Positions 29,379 through 39,395 of a DNA stretch of 64,000 bases are shown in pieces. This DNA comes from Nitrospirales bacterium (GTDB taxonomy: Bacteria > Nitrospirota > Nitrospiria > Nitrospirales > UBA8639). Position numbers and translations under genes: made by a program. The notes under the pieces were generated by a model. The model was not told where the DNA came from, ran no database searches, and saw only the letters and a program-made list of their open reading frames with translations. The DNA lies in assembly GCA_965223295.1 (NCBI GenBank), contig CBDCWC010000001.1:1-64000 (forward strand), in the 5' to 3' direction. The number at the start of each line of letters is the position of its first letter. The first letter of the stretch is position 1.

Positions 29379-31277
29379 CTATGAGCGTAAAATGGTTTTC
29401 AGAGAGACTCGTTCAACGAGAGCTTTCGCTTGATCGTGAATGCCATCGGCCGTTAACCCATATTTTTCGCGAAGCAATTCTTGTGGACCTTGTTCAATAT
29501 ACCAATCCGGCAATCCGAGCACCTTCGTCGGCAAATCCCATCGTTCTTCCTCGGATAGAAACTCTAACACTGCCGAACCGAATCCTCCCATTCGACAGCC
29601 TTCTTCCACGGTGATGAGACATTTGACATTTTTCGTCACATCACGAATAAGGTCTTTATCCAAAGGTTTCACAAATCTCGCGTTAATGACCGCCGCAGAG
29701 ATTCCATTATCTTTCAGTTGTTCAGCCGCCTTGATGGCTTCCGACACCATCACGCCTATGGCCACAATGGCGACATCGGTTCCTTCAGCTAAGAGTTCCC
29801 CTTGCCCTATTTCCAGAGGAATTGGCTCGGGATCCAATGGCACTCCTAAGCTACTTCCACGAGGATAGCGCACCGCAACAGGCCCATCATGAACCAGCCC
29901 AGTTTGGACCATGTGCTGGACTTCATTTTCATCCTTGGGGGCCATCACAATCATATTGGGGACATGGCGAAGATACGCAAAATCAAAAGCCCCATGATGC
30001 GTCGTCCCGTCTTCAGCAACTAATCCACCTCGATCGATACAGAATGTCACAGGAAGATTCTGTGTAGCGACATCATGCACCACTTGATCATAAGCACGTT
30101 GTAAAAACGTAGAATACATACAAATGACCGGCCGCATCTGCTCTGCAGCCAACCCTGCAGCATAGGTCACGGCATGTTGTTCTGCAATTCCCACATCAAT
30201 CAACCGATCGGGGAATTCTTTCTGGAAACTCGACAGACCTGTGCCTTCACACATCGCGGCCGTGATCGCCACCACACGCTTATCTTTACGTGCCTGCCGT
30301 CTCAAGGTATCCGCGACAATTGCACTATAGGTTGGAGGCCCAGACTTCTTTACTGGCTGTCCCGTTTTAGAATCAAACGGCGAGCAGGCATGGAACCAGA
30401 CAGGATTGCTCATGGCCGGTTCAAAACCGAGTCCCTTTTTTGTAATGACATGCAAAAGCGTTGGCCCTTTGAGCTTCAGAACATTATCTAAGGTCGGCAA
30501 CAGATGCTCAAAATTATGGCCATCGATTGGGCCCACATAGCGAAAGCCCAACTCTTCGAATAAGAGGCCGGGAAGCAGGAATCCTTTGGCTAACTCTTCT
30601 GCTCGCATGGCAATCCGCTTCACGTTTTCACCGATTTGCGGAATGGTATCTAACAATTGTGAGGTTTCTTCACGAAATCTCGTGTAGAACTCCCCGGTAA
30701 ATGTGCGGTTTAAATATGCTGAGATTGCCCCGACGTTTTGAGAAATGGACATCTGATTATCATTCAAAATCACCACAATGTCCTTGCCCATATCCCCTGC
30801 ATGCTGGAGACCCTCTAATGTCATGCCGGACGTGAGCGCACCATCCCCTACCACACAGACAATTTTATTAGAACGGCCTAGCTTCTCACGGGCTTCCACA
30901 AAACCAACCGCAGCAGAAACTCCTGTGCCCGCATGTCCAGCATTAAAGGTGTCATACATGCTTTCTTCACGCTTACAGAACCCGCTCATGCCACCGAATT
31001 GGCGGATGGTGTGAAATTTTTCTCGTCGCCCCGTCAACAATTTATGCGCATAGGCTTGATTGCTGGTATCCCAAACGATTTTGTCCTTTGGCGTGTTCAG
31101 CAAATATTGTAAAGCCACAGTTAACTCCACCACACCAAGATTAGAAGCGAGATGGCCGCCAACCTTAGAGATAACTTCTATGATCAGTTCTCGAATTTCC
31201 TGGCAGAGTTCAGGAAATTGTTCGGGAGAGAGTTTCTTTAAATCTGTAGGACTTTCAATCCTTTTTAACAAGGACAT
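29379..31277 (-). CDS. dxs: 1-deoxy-D-xylulose-5-phosphate synthase
   Basis: GGHLASNLGVVELT, HKLLTGR, GDGALTSG, LNDNQMSI, YVGPIDGH, DVGIAEQHA, FLQRAYDQ. Confidence 0.97.
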   Translation of the reverse strand: MSLLKRIESPTDLKKLSPEQFPELCQEIRELIIEVISKVGGHLASNLGVVELTVALQYLLNTPKDKIVWDTSNQAYAHKLLTGRREKFHTIRQFGGMSGFCKREESMYDTFNAGHAGTGVSAAVGFVEAREKLGRSNKIVCVVGDGALTSGMTLEGLQHAGDMGKDIVVILNDNQMSISQNVGAISAYLNRTFTGEFYTRFREETSQLLDTIPQIGENVKRIAMRAEELAKGFLLPGLLFEELGFRYVGPIDGHNFEHLLPTLDNVLKLKGPTLLHVITKKGLGFEPAMSNPVWFHACSPFDSKTGQPVKKSGPPTYSAIVADTLRRQARKDKRVVAITAAMCEGTGLSSFQKEFPDRLIDVGIAEQHAVTYAAGLAAEQMRPVICMYSTFLQRAYDQVVHDVATQNLPVTFCIDRGGLVAEDGTTHHGAFDFAYLRHVPNMIVMAPKDENEVQHMVQTGLVHDGPVAVRYPRGSSLGVPLDPEPIPLEIGQGELLAEGTDVAIVAIGVMVSEAIKAAEQLKDNGISAAVINARFVKPLDKDLIRDVTKNVKCLITVEEGCRMGGFGSAVLEFLSEEERWDLPTKVLGLPDWYIEQGPQELLREKYGLTADGIHDQAKALVERVSLKTILRS

Positions 31278-31494
31278 AAGGCTTCCTTTCTTCTGGGCTA
31301 CAACTAACGCCGCCTTTTTGTCAGGGAATCATGAAGAACTTCAGAACCTAGGCATGAACACAACTAAAATCATCCCATAGCTGCCAAGAGGTGTCAAGCA
31401 CTCACTCTCGTACACATGCATTTGACCAATGAACAATTAGAATGAGCCAACAAGTCTGAGTTTGGTAGAGACCAGGCGAGAATTGTTCAAATAC

Positions 31495-33132
31495 TTACTG
31501 AACAATAATGATGCTGTATGACAAGCTAAGATCCCGCCCGCGGGCTGAATAAGCTGAGGCCTGCACATCACGAGTGAGACATTCCCGCCCGAAGGTTATC
31601 AAATGGTGAGCCACCATCGCGATTTGAAACACTGACTCGACATTACCCTCTTTTAACTCCCGCCGGGTCATGGTCCAAAATTCTTTTCGATAATCGCTAC
31701 AAATGCCCACCCGCCAAGCCGTACGTGCAAAAATTTCGACCGCTCGACGCAGATTCGCCCACGTCAACTGATCCAAGGGACGCGTCGGTCGCTTCCGGTG
31801 CAAATACGTTCTTTCGGCTTGCGCCGCATAGCGCGCGTAAATATTTCGTGGTTCGTACGCCTCACGGATGACACGCTTCCAATTCGCAACCACCTCATCG
31901 TAAGGTTGCAAATACTCGACGTTCGAATCACGCCCTTCTCCAGAATTCAGGCGATTGGCTTTTTGCAGCCGTTCGTAGAGTGGGGTATGCGGCAAAGCAA
32001 CTAGCAAGTTCGGTGTCACGATGGGAATCTGAGAAACCTTAATAAATTCGATAATCGCGTCAGTGGTCTCAGGCGTGTCCGTATCCAACCCAATGATAAT
32101 GCCCGCGGCGATTTCGATTCCGTAGCTATTCACCGTGTCCACGGCTTCAAGCATCGGCGTGCGAACGTTTTGCCTTTTACTCATAGCACGCAACGCATCC
32201 GGGTCCACAGTCTCGATGCCAATAAAGATATTGGTCATAAAGGCCTCACGCATGAGCTCTAGAATATCGGGATATTCCACCACATTGAACGTGAGTTCAC
32301 AGGAGAGGCGAACTGTATAATCCCGGCGCTTCTGCCATTCCACGAGATAGGGCAACAGTTCCCGCGCCGCTCGGGGGTTGGCAATAAAATTGTCATCTAC
32401 GAAATAAATCGAGGGTGTCCCACCGTCAGCAAGTTCATCCAATTCGGCCAAGATTTGCTCCGGCGTCTTGAGTCTTGGATTTCTCCCATAGAGCGCAGGG
32501 ATATCACAAAATTCGCAGGTAAAGGGACAGCCGCTGGAATACTGCACACAGCCGAGCAGGTACTGACGAACGTCTATGAGACGATAGGCCGGGGTCGGGA
32601 AATCTGTCATAGGAAGCCGATCAACCGTCCGAAAGACTATTTGTTGCTCGGGACGCGCTGGAGTCTCGTCAATCCGGCGGAACAAGTCCAGTGTCGCATC
32701 ACCCACTTCTCCACAATGCAAGAAATCGATGTCTTCATATTGTTCAGGTGCCGCCGAAACTGAGGGACCACCTAACACTGTCATCTTGCCTGCCGCATGT
32801 GCACGCTGGGCAATATCATGGATTTGATGGCGTTGGATGTGCATGCCCGATATCAGGACAGCATCAGCCCACGCCAATTCACTGTCACTTGTCGGACGAA
32901 TGTTCTCATCAATAAACTGGACTTCCCATTCTTGGGGCACCAACGCTGCAATGAGAAGAATTCCTTGTGGCGGCATAAAGGCCTTCACCGGCCCCATAAG
33001 AGGAAAGGCATGGTCAAACGTACCAAAGGCTTTGGTATAGGCCGGAAACACACAGAGTATGCGCCGAACATTTAACGGCCGAAACGTTCGAACCGTTGCT
33101 GTCGGTGTTAAGAGCGAACTAGATGAGGACAA
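31495..33132 (-). CDS. hpnP: Hopanoid C-2 methyltransferase (cobalamin-dependent radical SAM)
   Basis: RILCVFPAYTKAFGTF, AFMPPQG, ISGMHIQR, GGPSVS, GEVGDAT, QYSSGCPFTCEFCDIPALYGRNPRLKTPEQI, YFVDDNF and VAHHLI match alphaproteobacterial/cyanobacterial HpnP as recalled. Lies inside a hopanoid cluster. Confidence 0.85.
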   Translation of the reverse strand: MSSSSSLLTPTATVRTFRPLNVRRILCVFPAYTKAFGTFDHAFPLMGPVKAFMPPQGILLIAALVPQEWEVQFIDENIRPTSDSELAWADAVLISGMHIQRHQIHDIAQRAHAAGKMTVLGGPSVSAAPEQYEDIDFLHCGEVGDATLDLFRRIDETPARPEQQIVFRTVDRLPMTDFPTPAYRLIDVRQYLLGCVQYSSGCPFTCEFCDIPALYGRNPRLKTPEQILAELDELADGGTPSIYFVDDNFIANPRAARELLPYLVEWQKRRDYTVRLSCELTFNVVEYPDILELMREAFMTNIFIGIETVDPDALRAMSKRQNVRTPMLEAVDTVNSYGIEIAAGIIIGLDTDTPETTDAIIEFIKVSQIPIVTPNLLVALPHTPLYERLQKANRLNSGEGRDSNVEYLQPYDEVVANWKRVIREAYEPRNIYARYAAQAERTYLHRKRPTRPLDQLTWANLRRAVEIFARTAWRVGICSDYRKEFWTMTRRELKEGNVESVFQIAMVAHHLITFGRECLTRDVQASAYSARGRDLSLSYSIIIVQ

Positions 33133-33247
33133 ATTGATTTCTTTCTTTGGAGGGGCTGACCATCATAACATACCTCTTTCCTGCACAAAATAGGAGATTG
33201 GATTTTGCGATGGTATGTTTTCCACTATTCTTTGAGCATTTCAACCA

Positions 33248-35908
33248 TTAGGTTGCCGCATCTGGCGCTTTCGTCTGGCCACGATAGAGAAATGCAGGCA
33301 AGACCACTAAACACCCAATCAATGTCAATAAAATCCCTAGGCTCAACAATTGCCCCATACTCGCAATGCCCACATGCGAGGTATATGCGAGGTTACTGAA
33401 ACTCAACATTGTGGTCACACTACTGAAAAACACACCCCGGATGGTTCCGGACCGCAGAAACATTTCACAAGCTTCCGGCCTTCTGCGCATTCGCTCAACA
33501 ATATGGATACCGCTATCAGCCCCAAGCCCAAAAATTAATGGAAGCGCAATCACATTGGCATAGTTGAAGGGCATGTCAAAAATAACCGTATACCCTACCA
33601 GACAGAGTGCGGCCAGACTCAAAGGAAGAATCACTAATAGAATATCCCAAATGTTTCTAAGAACAAGCGCTAAGATCAGGACAATCACCAGAAGCGCGGA
33701 AACAAATGCTTGCTGAAATGCTCCGGCTACTTCATTGCCCCCATCTAAATAGATAGCAGGCAGCCCCGTGACCTGTGGAGCCATGCGACGAACATCGCTC
33801 ACAAACTCTTCCAAGGCTTCAACATTCCTCAAGTCCTTTTTAGGATAGACTTCCAAACGGTACGTTTCATTGGGACCCACCCAACGTTCAACTAGTTCTT
33901 GCGGCAAGTCTTTCTGAGTGATGAGCCCCATCGGCATCGCAATCGCTTGCTCAGATGTTTGGTCATTCGGAAAAGACCCCAACAAACTGTGGTCTAAACG
34001 ATCAAGCAGATTCTTCTGTACTTCTTTATCACTAGTGTTCAACTTCTCAACAAAATTTTTCAGTACATCTCTAAGATGGCCTGCAGAATGCTCAGAACCC
34101 AACCCTGTTTTCTGAATATAATCTTCTAGGGTCCTCAAAAAGGATTGGATTGCAGCCAGAGAGGCATCAGTGTCTGGAGAACCAGAGACTTTGGAATCCG
34201 ATCCTTGAGCAAGCATGCTATCCGCGAGCCCTGCAAGCAGCACAAACTTTTCAAATTGATCCGAGGGAGTAAAATCATTGATTGTCACAACCTTATCGAC
34301 TGACTCCAACGATCCAAGCCTTGAAACAGAATCATCAATCTCATCTTCAGAAGGCAAAAGAGTTAGGGACCAGGTTGCACCATTTCTGTCTTCCAGGAGA
34401 TCATCCATGGTTTGAACCGATTCCACGTTGGGGTCCCGTATATTGTGGGGATTCCAATCAAACAAAGCTTGAGGAAGTAACACGACAGATAAGAAAAAGA
34501 CCACAACCGTTCCCCACCGAATTTCCCGCCCGTGACGGATGGGAAATTGATAGACAGGCTCCAAACCCTCGCGAGAAGAAGGTGAACGAAAATCTTTTTT
34601 CGATAAGGGAAAGACCAATAAGATCGCTGGCAAGACCGTCAGTGACACGACCAAGCCAATGAACATACTCGTTCCTGATATCAATCCTAATTCCGACATA
34701 CCGGTGTAATTTGTTGGGACGAAGGTGTAGAAACCAAGTCCAGTGGTCACCGCGCACAACAGTAAGGCAGGACCAATTTCTTGCAGACTCTTTCTCATGG
34801 CCAAAAATGGCTCGTTCCCCAAGCTCAGGAGTTCCTGATAACGAAGACTCAGATGGATGGCATAGTCGACCGCCAGTCCAATAAAGAGCACGGCAAACGC
34901 TAAAGATAAGATATTGAGTTGGCCAACCACCGCTGTCGCAAACCCTGCACTTAATGCCAGTCCTACAAGTAACGTCAACAAGGTGATGATCATAAATCGC
35001 CATGAATGAAACGTCAGCGTCAGCGTGAGACAGACCATGATCAGCGACAGAATGGCGGCAATCCCTGCACGCTGGCTCACAACTTGGAGCTCTTCATGTG
35101 CTAGTGCCACTTCTCCAGTCAACCGGACCTGAACTCCAGAAATACCTGACACACCCGACTCTTGAATGACATCACGAATAACTTGAAGAGCAGTCTCGGC
35201 TGGCAGCATCTTTTGATAATCCAAATGAGGTTGCAACAAAATGAACCGCCGTGTCTGTGACGTTTGAAGATCTGGTTTCAGTAGGACGGAATGCCAGGCT
35301 AATACATAGTCCAAGCCAATCAGACTCGACTGAATGCCTTCTATCATTCTTCGAAAAAGTGCAGACAGAAGGGGTTCCTGCTCCCACTCCGATCGATCAT
35401 AGTGATTCGTTAACAGAGTAAACAGGCCATGGATATTCCGATTCCGCATCAACTCTTCAAAAAAGGGTCTTAACGTTGCCACTGATTCCGACAACCGTTC
35501 AAGTTCAGAAACCTCCAGATAGAACAGAGCATTTTTCTCGAAAAACGAACCTCCAAATGGCGCATACACTGACTTAATGTGTTCGGGTTTATTTCTTAAT
35601 CTGCCATCAAGCATTTTGACAGCGGCATGCGCCATCTCCGGAGTGCGAGCCTCGACAACCAAAACAATAGAGTCCGTGTTCTGAGGAAAAATCTTTTTAT
35701 AATGCTCTCGGGCTTCTTGGATCGGGACGTCAGCGGCCAGCATTTCAGTCGTATTCGTATTGATTCCCAGATACATAAATGCATAGAAAAAGGAAATCAC
35801 TGTTGCAAAGATTGCCAACGTCAGAACCCACCAGGTTCTCTGCTTCACAAAGTCAGCCACTCGACCAAGAACATGTGACAACCAATCAGGTGAAAGGGAC
35901 ATGGCCAT
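33248..35908 (-). CDS. hpnN: Hopanoid-associated MMPL/RND transporter
   Basis: Two RND halves, LTGEVALAHEEL, LNILSLAFAVLFIGLAVDYAIH, NYANVIALPLIFGLGADSGIH, GIASMGQLL. Confidence 0.9.
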   Translation of the reverse strand: MAMSLSPDWLSHVLGRVADFVKQRTWWVLTLAIFATVISFFYAFMYLGINTNTTEMLAADVPIQEAREHYKKIFPQNTDSIVLVVEARTPEMAHAAVKMLDGRLRNKPEHIKSVYAPFGGSFFEKNALFYLEVSELERLSESVATLRPFFEELMRNRNIHGLFTLLTNHYDRSEWEQEPLLSALFRRMIEGIQSSLIGLDYVLAWHSVLLKPDLQTSQTRRFILLQPHLDYQKMLPAETALQVIRDVIQESGVSGISGVQVRLTGEVALAHEELQVVSQRAGIAAILSLIMVCLTLTLTFHSWRFMIITLLTLLVGLALSAGFATAVVGQLNILSLAFAVLFIGLAVDYAIHLSLRYQELLSLGNEPFLAMRKSLQEIGPALLLCAVTTGLGFYTFVPTNYTGMSELGLISGTSMFIGLVVSLTVLPAILLVFPLSKKDFRSPSSREGLEPVYQFPIRHGREIRWGTVVVFFLSVVLLPQALFDWNPHNIRDPNVESVQTMDDLLEDRNGATWSLTLLPSEDEIDDSVSRLGSLESVDKVVTINDFTPSDQFEKFVLLAGLADSMLAQGSDSKVSGSPDTDASLAAIQSFLRTLEDYIQKTGLGSEHSAGHLRDVLKNFVEKLNTSDKEVQKNLLDRLDHSLLGSFPNDQTSEQAIAMPMGLITQKDLPQELVERWVGPNETYRLEVYPKKDLRNVEALEEFVSDVRRMAPQVTGLPAIYLDGGNEVAGAFQQAFVSALLVIVLILALVLRNIWDILLVILPLSLAALCLVGYTVIFDMPFNYANVIALPLIFGLGADSGIHIVERMRRRPEACEMFLRSGTIRGVFFSSVTTMLSFSNLAYTSHVGIASMGQLLSLGILLTLIGCLVVLPAFLYRGQTKAPDAAT

Positions 35909-36149
35909 TAGATGGGTTGCATTTGAAGATAGAAGTGAAGCGCTAATACTTGCTGAAATGAATAAGAGAAAAGATTCTGATGTCGCGTCTACAGCTATGA
36001 CGATAACTTTTCATCAAAGTCACGACATAGACGCTACCGAAACGAGCAGAGATAACAACCTAAAGAAAGACTCCGTGCGCTTTTCACCATGTCATGAATG
36101 ATGAGTTGAAAAATAGTGCAAGGGGTTAGAGCTTGTCCCTCTTTCCTCT

Positions 36150-36923
36150 TTATGGCTCATGGAAGTCAGAAACAGGGATCTGTTGCAATAGCATTTCCGC
36201 TTCGGGTACATGAATGCGCTTCCAAATCCATTGTTTCTTTCGGGGAGGTATATGAAGAACCTGCATGAATTCTTTTCTTGCCTCCAGAGTTTGACCATGT
36301 TTTAAATACCACTTACCAAGATCCAAGTGGGCAGGAGCATACCGCGCATCAAGAGAAATAGTTTTTTTGAGATACTCGCGTGCCTTCTCTGAGTCTCCCC
36401 CTAAAAACCAGGGCAGCCTCTCATACATCACCCCTAACATATAATTCCCCAACACATGATTTTCATCAATTTCCAAGACTCGATTCGCATGATACTGTAA
36501 TGTCCCTAAGGCACGTATTGCGGCGACCCAGCCTTCCAATTGAGCGGCCTTACCAAAATTGGCTGCAAACAGAAAATGTCCCGTCGCCGAAGATTCATCC
36601 AACTCCAGAGCTTTTTTGGCCAATCGAGCTCCCTCTTGAAGAGAGGCTATTTGTTTCTCCCGATCAACATACAACCCGTAGCCGACATCCAAATACAGAT
36701 GAGCCAAATGCCGTAACTCTTCGGGGTCATTGGATTTCGCTTTACCTTGAGATACGAGCTGCTGGAGCTCTTGGACCACACCCTCTGCCGTATCTGGCTC
36801 TGTTAGTTCTCCTGCAACACTCCAAAAAGGCCATCCGAAGATGGGAACAACAAAAACACAAAATAGAGCAAAAACCACTTTTTCCATGACAATCAAACAC
36901 CCGACAATATCATCAAGCTTCAA
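36150..36923 (-). CDS. Exported TPR protein resembling TatT/TPAT T-components
   Basis: Signal-like N-terminus, helical repeats and LGVMYERLPWFLGGDSEKAREYLKK. ATG overlaps the Omp85 stop. Confidence 0.65.
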   Translation of the reverse strand: MKLDDIVGCLIVMEKVVFALFCVFVVPIFGWPFWSVAGELTEPDTAEGVVQELQQLVSQGKAKSNDPEELRHLAHLYLDVGYGLYVDREKQIASLQEGARLAKKALELDESSATGHFLFAANFGKAAQLEGWVAAIRALGTLQYHANRVLEIDENHVLGNYMLGVMYERLPWFLGGDSEKAREYLKKTISLDARYAPAHLDLGKWYLKHGQTLEARKEFMQVLHIPPRKKQWIWKRIHVPEAEMLLQQIPVSDFHEP

Positions 36924-38131
36924 AAGGGATAATCCAATCCAGCAAAGATAGCCCCGCCTTCCCGGCTATATCCCCAATCAACGCGGCTGACTAAGTTAGG
37001 CCGCACAATTCCACGGAATCCCACCCCCGGCGTGACCTCCCATTCGTTAAATTGCCGGAAAGAAAAGTCTTGATAGGTACGACCCATATCGACAAAGGGA
37101 GTGAGCTCAAACTCCACATTGACATTCAATATCTTCACCTGTAAGAGATGAATACGCTCCTCAACATTGAACACAACCATGTGTTTATCAATGAACCGAT
37201 CCTGACCATAACCTCGTAGGTTATTTTCTCCTCCCAACGAACTTTGCTCAAAAAAAGGAATGCCATCTCCAAAACTTAGTTGCAATCGCCCTCGAACCAA
37301 AAAAATATACCGCTTCGACGGACTAGGGAAAAACCGTCTTGCATCCACGCCATAACGAAAATAGAATTGGTCATCAATGATCTCTCGTCGGTCAAAATTC
37401 TGTGCCAACTCTCCAAACGCTTCAATCCGCGTTCCTGCCGTAGGGGCAATAAGGTTATCCCGAGAATCATATTGAAAAACTAAGCGATGGGCCAATATCG
37501 TCGCACCATCGATTCCAGGTGTATTGGAAAACTCCTCTTGGGAAAACGGTTCATCATCAACACCTCCAGGCTGAATTTGCACATCACGAAATCGTTGATT
37601 CACCGACAGCCGGGTCACATCATTGAGATGAATCCCGAAATTCCAATGGACCAAAATTTCACGGCCGGTATAATTAGATTCATCGGACTCCGGGGTAATT
37701 TGGCCTAAGCCAAAAAAACGTCTTGTGGCATTTTTAAAAAATTGCGCTCCAATATCTACGAAAAACAAACCCTCGATAAACCCTGGGTCTTGATAGCGTA
37801 ACTTAAATTTACGTTCAATCTCTTCCGTATACGAACCCACCGCTTTTAACCGCTTTCCACCTGACCAATATTGAAAATAATTTAATGTCCCCCTGAGTCC
37901 CAAAAATGAGTTATGAATAAGCATGGGCGCCAAGACTGAGCGGAGATTGCCTTCCTCATCTGAATCCAACACAGGCACAATGATCCCAAAGTCTCTCCCG
38001 TCGTTTTTGGAAGTGGAAATCGCTGGAACGACAAAAAATGATTTTTCAGCGGAGGCGATGGAGGGAATGATACTTCCCGCTAACGCCAGGCAGACCACCG
38101 CCGCCCAGCACGAGGCACGGAAAAGCACCAT
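36920..38131 (-). CDS. Omp85 (BamA/TamA-family) outer-membrane beta-barrel without obvious POTRA domains
   Basis: Signal peptide ending ASA, YDSRDN..PTAG, LGGENNLRGY..DRF (VRGY-like motif), PGVGFR, RVDWGY and terminal YPF. Confidence 0.85.
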   Translation of the reverse strand: MVLFRASCWAAVVCLALAGSIIPSIASAEKSFFVVPAISTSKNDGRDFGIIVPVLDSDEEGNLRSVLAPMLIHNSFLGLRGTLNYFQYWSGGKRLKAVGSYTEEIERKFKLRYQDPGFIEGLFFVDIGAQFFKNATRRFFGLGQITPESDESNYTGREILVHWNFGIHLNDVTRLSVNQRFRDVQIQPGGVDDEPFSQEEFSNTPGIDGATILAHRLVFQYDSRDNLIAPTAGTRIEAFGELAQNFDRREIIDDQFYFRYGVDARRFFPSPSKRYIFLVRGRLQLSFGDGIPFFEQSSLGGENNLRGYGQDRFIDKHMVVFNVEERIHLLQVKILNVNVEFELTPFVDMGRTYQDFSFRQFNEWEVTPGVGFRGIVRPNLVSRVDWGYSREGGAIFAGLDYPF

Positions 38132-38143
38132 CAAACGAGTTCC

Positions 38144-38830
38144 CTACGAAGAAGCGGCAAGGTCAGACTTCGAACGAAGCTTGTCGAGTAACCCTTCGAA
38201 TGAAGAAGATTTGATAATTCTGGAAAATTGTCCTCGATAATTTTTTGTCAAACTGACGCCGTCAATAATCACATCATAGACTCCCCATTTCTCATTTTTC
38301 TTGAGAAGGCGATAATCTAGCGGGATTTGAACTTTCGACGAAACAACTTTTGTCTGCACTTCAGCAAACTTGCCTTTCAACCGTTCCTTCAGATATTCCA
38401 CTTGCTCTCCAGAATACCCATCGATATTCCCAGCATAGGATTGGGATAAAAATTGCTGAAATAGGCCCACAAATTCTTGCTGTGTTTCAGTGCTTAATTT
38501 TTTCCATTTAGCCGCAAGAGTGCGTTTGGCCATTTCTTCATAATCAAATCGCTGCCCAATGATTGCCTCCAATTTCTCTCGACGCTCGACCTCTCGCCCT
38601 GGGACTTTCAAGTCTTCATCTCCAAGAACAGACAAAACCTGGTCGATCGTCTCTTTCACGGCTTCCGTTGGACCACTCGCGGCCCACGCCAAAGGCAAAC
38701 AAAGGCAGAAGATAACTACGCAAGCTAAAGCGACTATATACGGACGTCTATACGCCGCTTCCCTCATTTGCCCTAATTGATCCCTAACCCCTTGCATTGT
38801 TCTGACCGTAATAGCTCCTAATACTACCAT
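38144..38830 (-). CDS. mlaC: MlaC/HpnM-family periplasmic lipid-binding protein
   Basis: FDYEEMAKRTL..W, EFVGLF, LDYRL..WGVYDVIIDGVSLTKNYRGQF. The true start may be further downstream. Confidence 0.9.
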   Translation of the reverse strand: MVVLGAITVRTMQGVRDQLGQMREAAYRRPYIVALACVVIFCLCLPLAWAASGPTEAVKETIDQVLSVLGDEDLKVPGREVERREKLEAIIGQRFDYEEMAKRTLAAKWKKLSTETQQEFVGLFQQFLSQSYAGNIDGYSGEQVEYLKERLKGKFAEVQTKVVSSKVQIPLDYRLLKKNEKWGVYDVIIDGVSLTKNYRGQFSRIIKSSSFEGLLDKLRSKSDLAASS

Positions 38831-38854
38831 ACCCCCTCCAACGATTAAGACACC

Positions 38855-39298
38855 TTATTCAACATTACCATGGATAAATTGGCTAATGACTTGTTCCAAA
38901 TCTATCCCAGATTCGGTGTCCATAATGGTTCCTCCTTTAGATAAGGGCTCCCCAGCTCCTCCTGGAGAAAGACCCATAAACTTTTCCCCAATAATGCCAC
39001 GCGTCTTAATGGAGGCAATCGCATCATTATACACCGTAATCCCATCTTCAATCGCTAAGACGACCTGAGCTTGATCTTCTTTTAAAACAATAGACTTCAC
39101 ACGACCAACTTCCACGCCCGCAATTTCAACAGACGCGCCTTTTTTCAAGCCAGAACTCGAAGAAAAATCAGCCGTGAGCTCATAATAATCTCCACCGACC
39201 AACTCCAATTTGCCCAATTTGATCGCCAGATATCCAAGGCAAAGAATTCCCACAAGCACAAATAGCCCGACGACGAACTCTAATTTGCCACGTTCCAT
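38855..39298 (-). CDS. mlaD: MlaD MCE-domain protein
   Basis: EFVVGLFVL, GLKKGASVEIAGVEVGRV, ASIKTRGIIGEKF, TESGIDLEQ. Confidence 0.94.
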   Translation of the reverse strand: MERGKLEFVVGLFVLVGILCLGYLAIKLGKLELVGGDYYELTADFSSSSGLKKGASVEIAGVEVGRVKSIVLKEDQAQVVLAIEDGITVYNDAIASIKTRGIIGEKFMGLSPGGAGEPLSKGGTIMDTESGIDLEQVISQFIHGNVE

Positions 39299-39395
39299 GA
39301 TAGCAGTTCCTGGAAAGAGAATTGGTTTGTCATTGGCCTCCATGACATGAAAGAAGCATCAAGGACCTCTCATGTTATCATACAAGGCTTTCAAC

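Noticed and set aside
31495-33132. Alternative call as HpnR (C-3 methylase) or HpnJ
   Set aside because: The N-terminal and core motifs match recalled HpnP sequences much better. A phylogeny is still needed to confirm.
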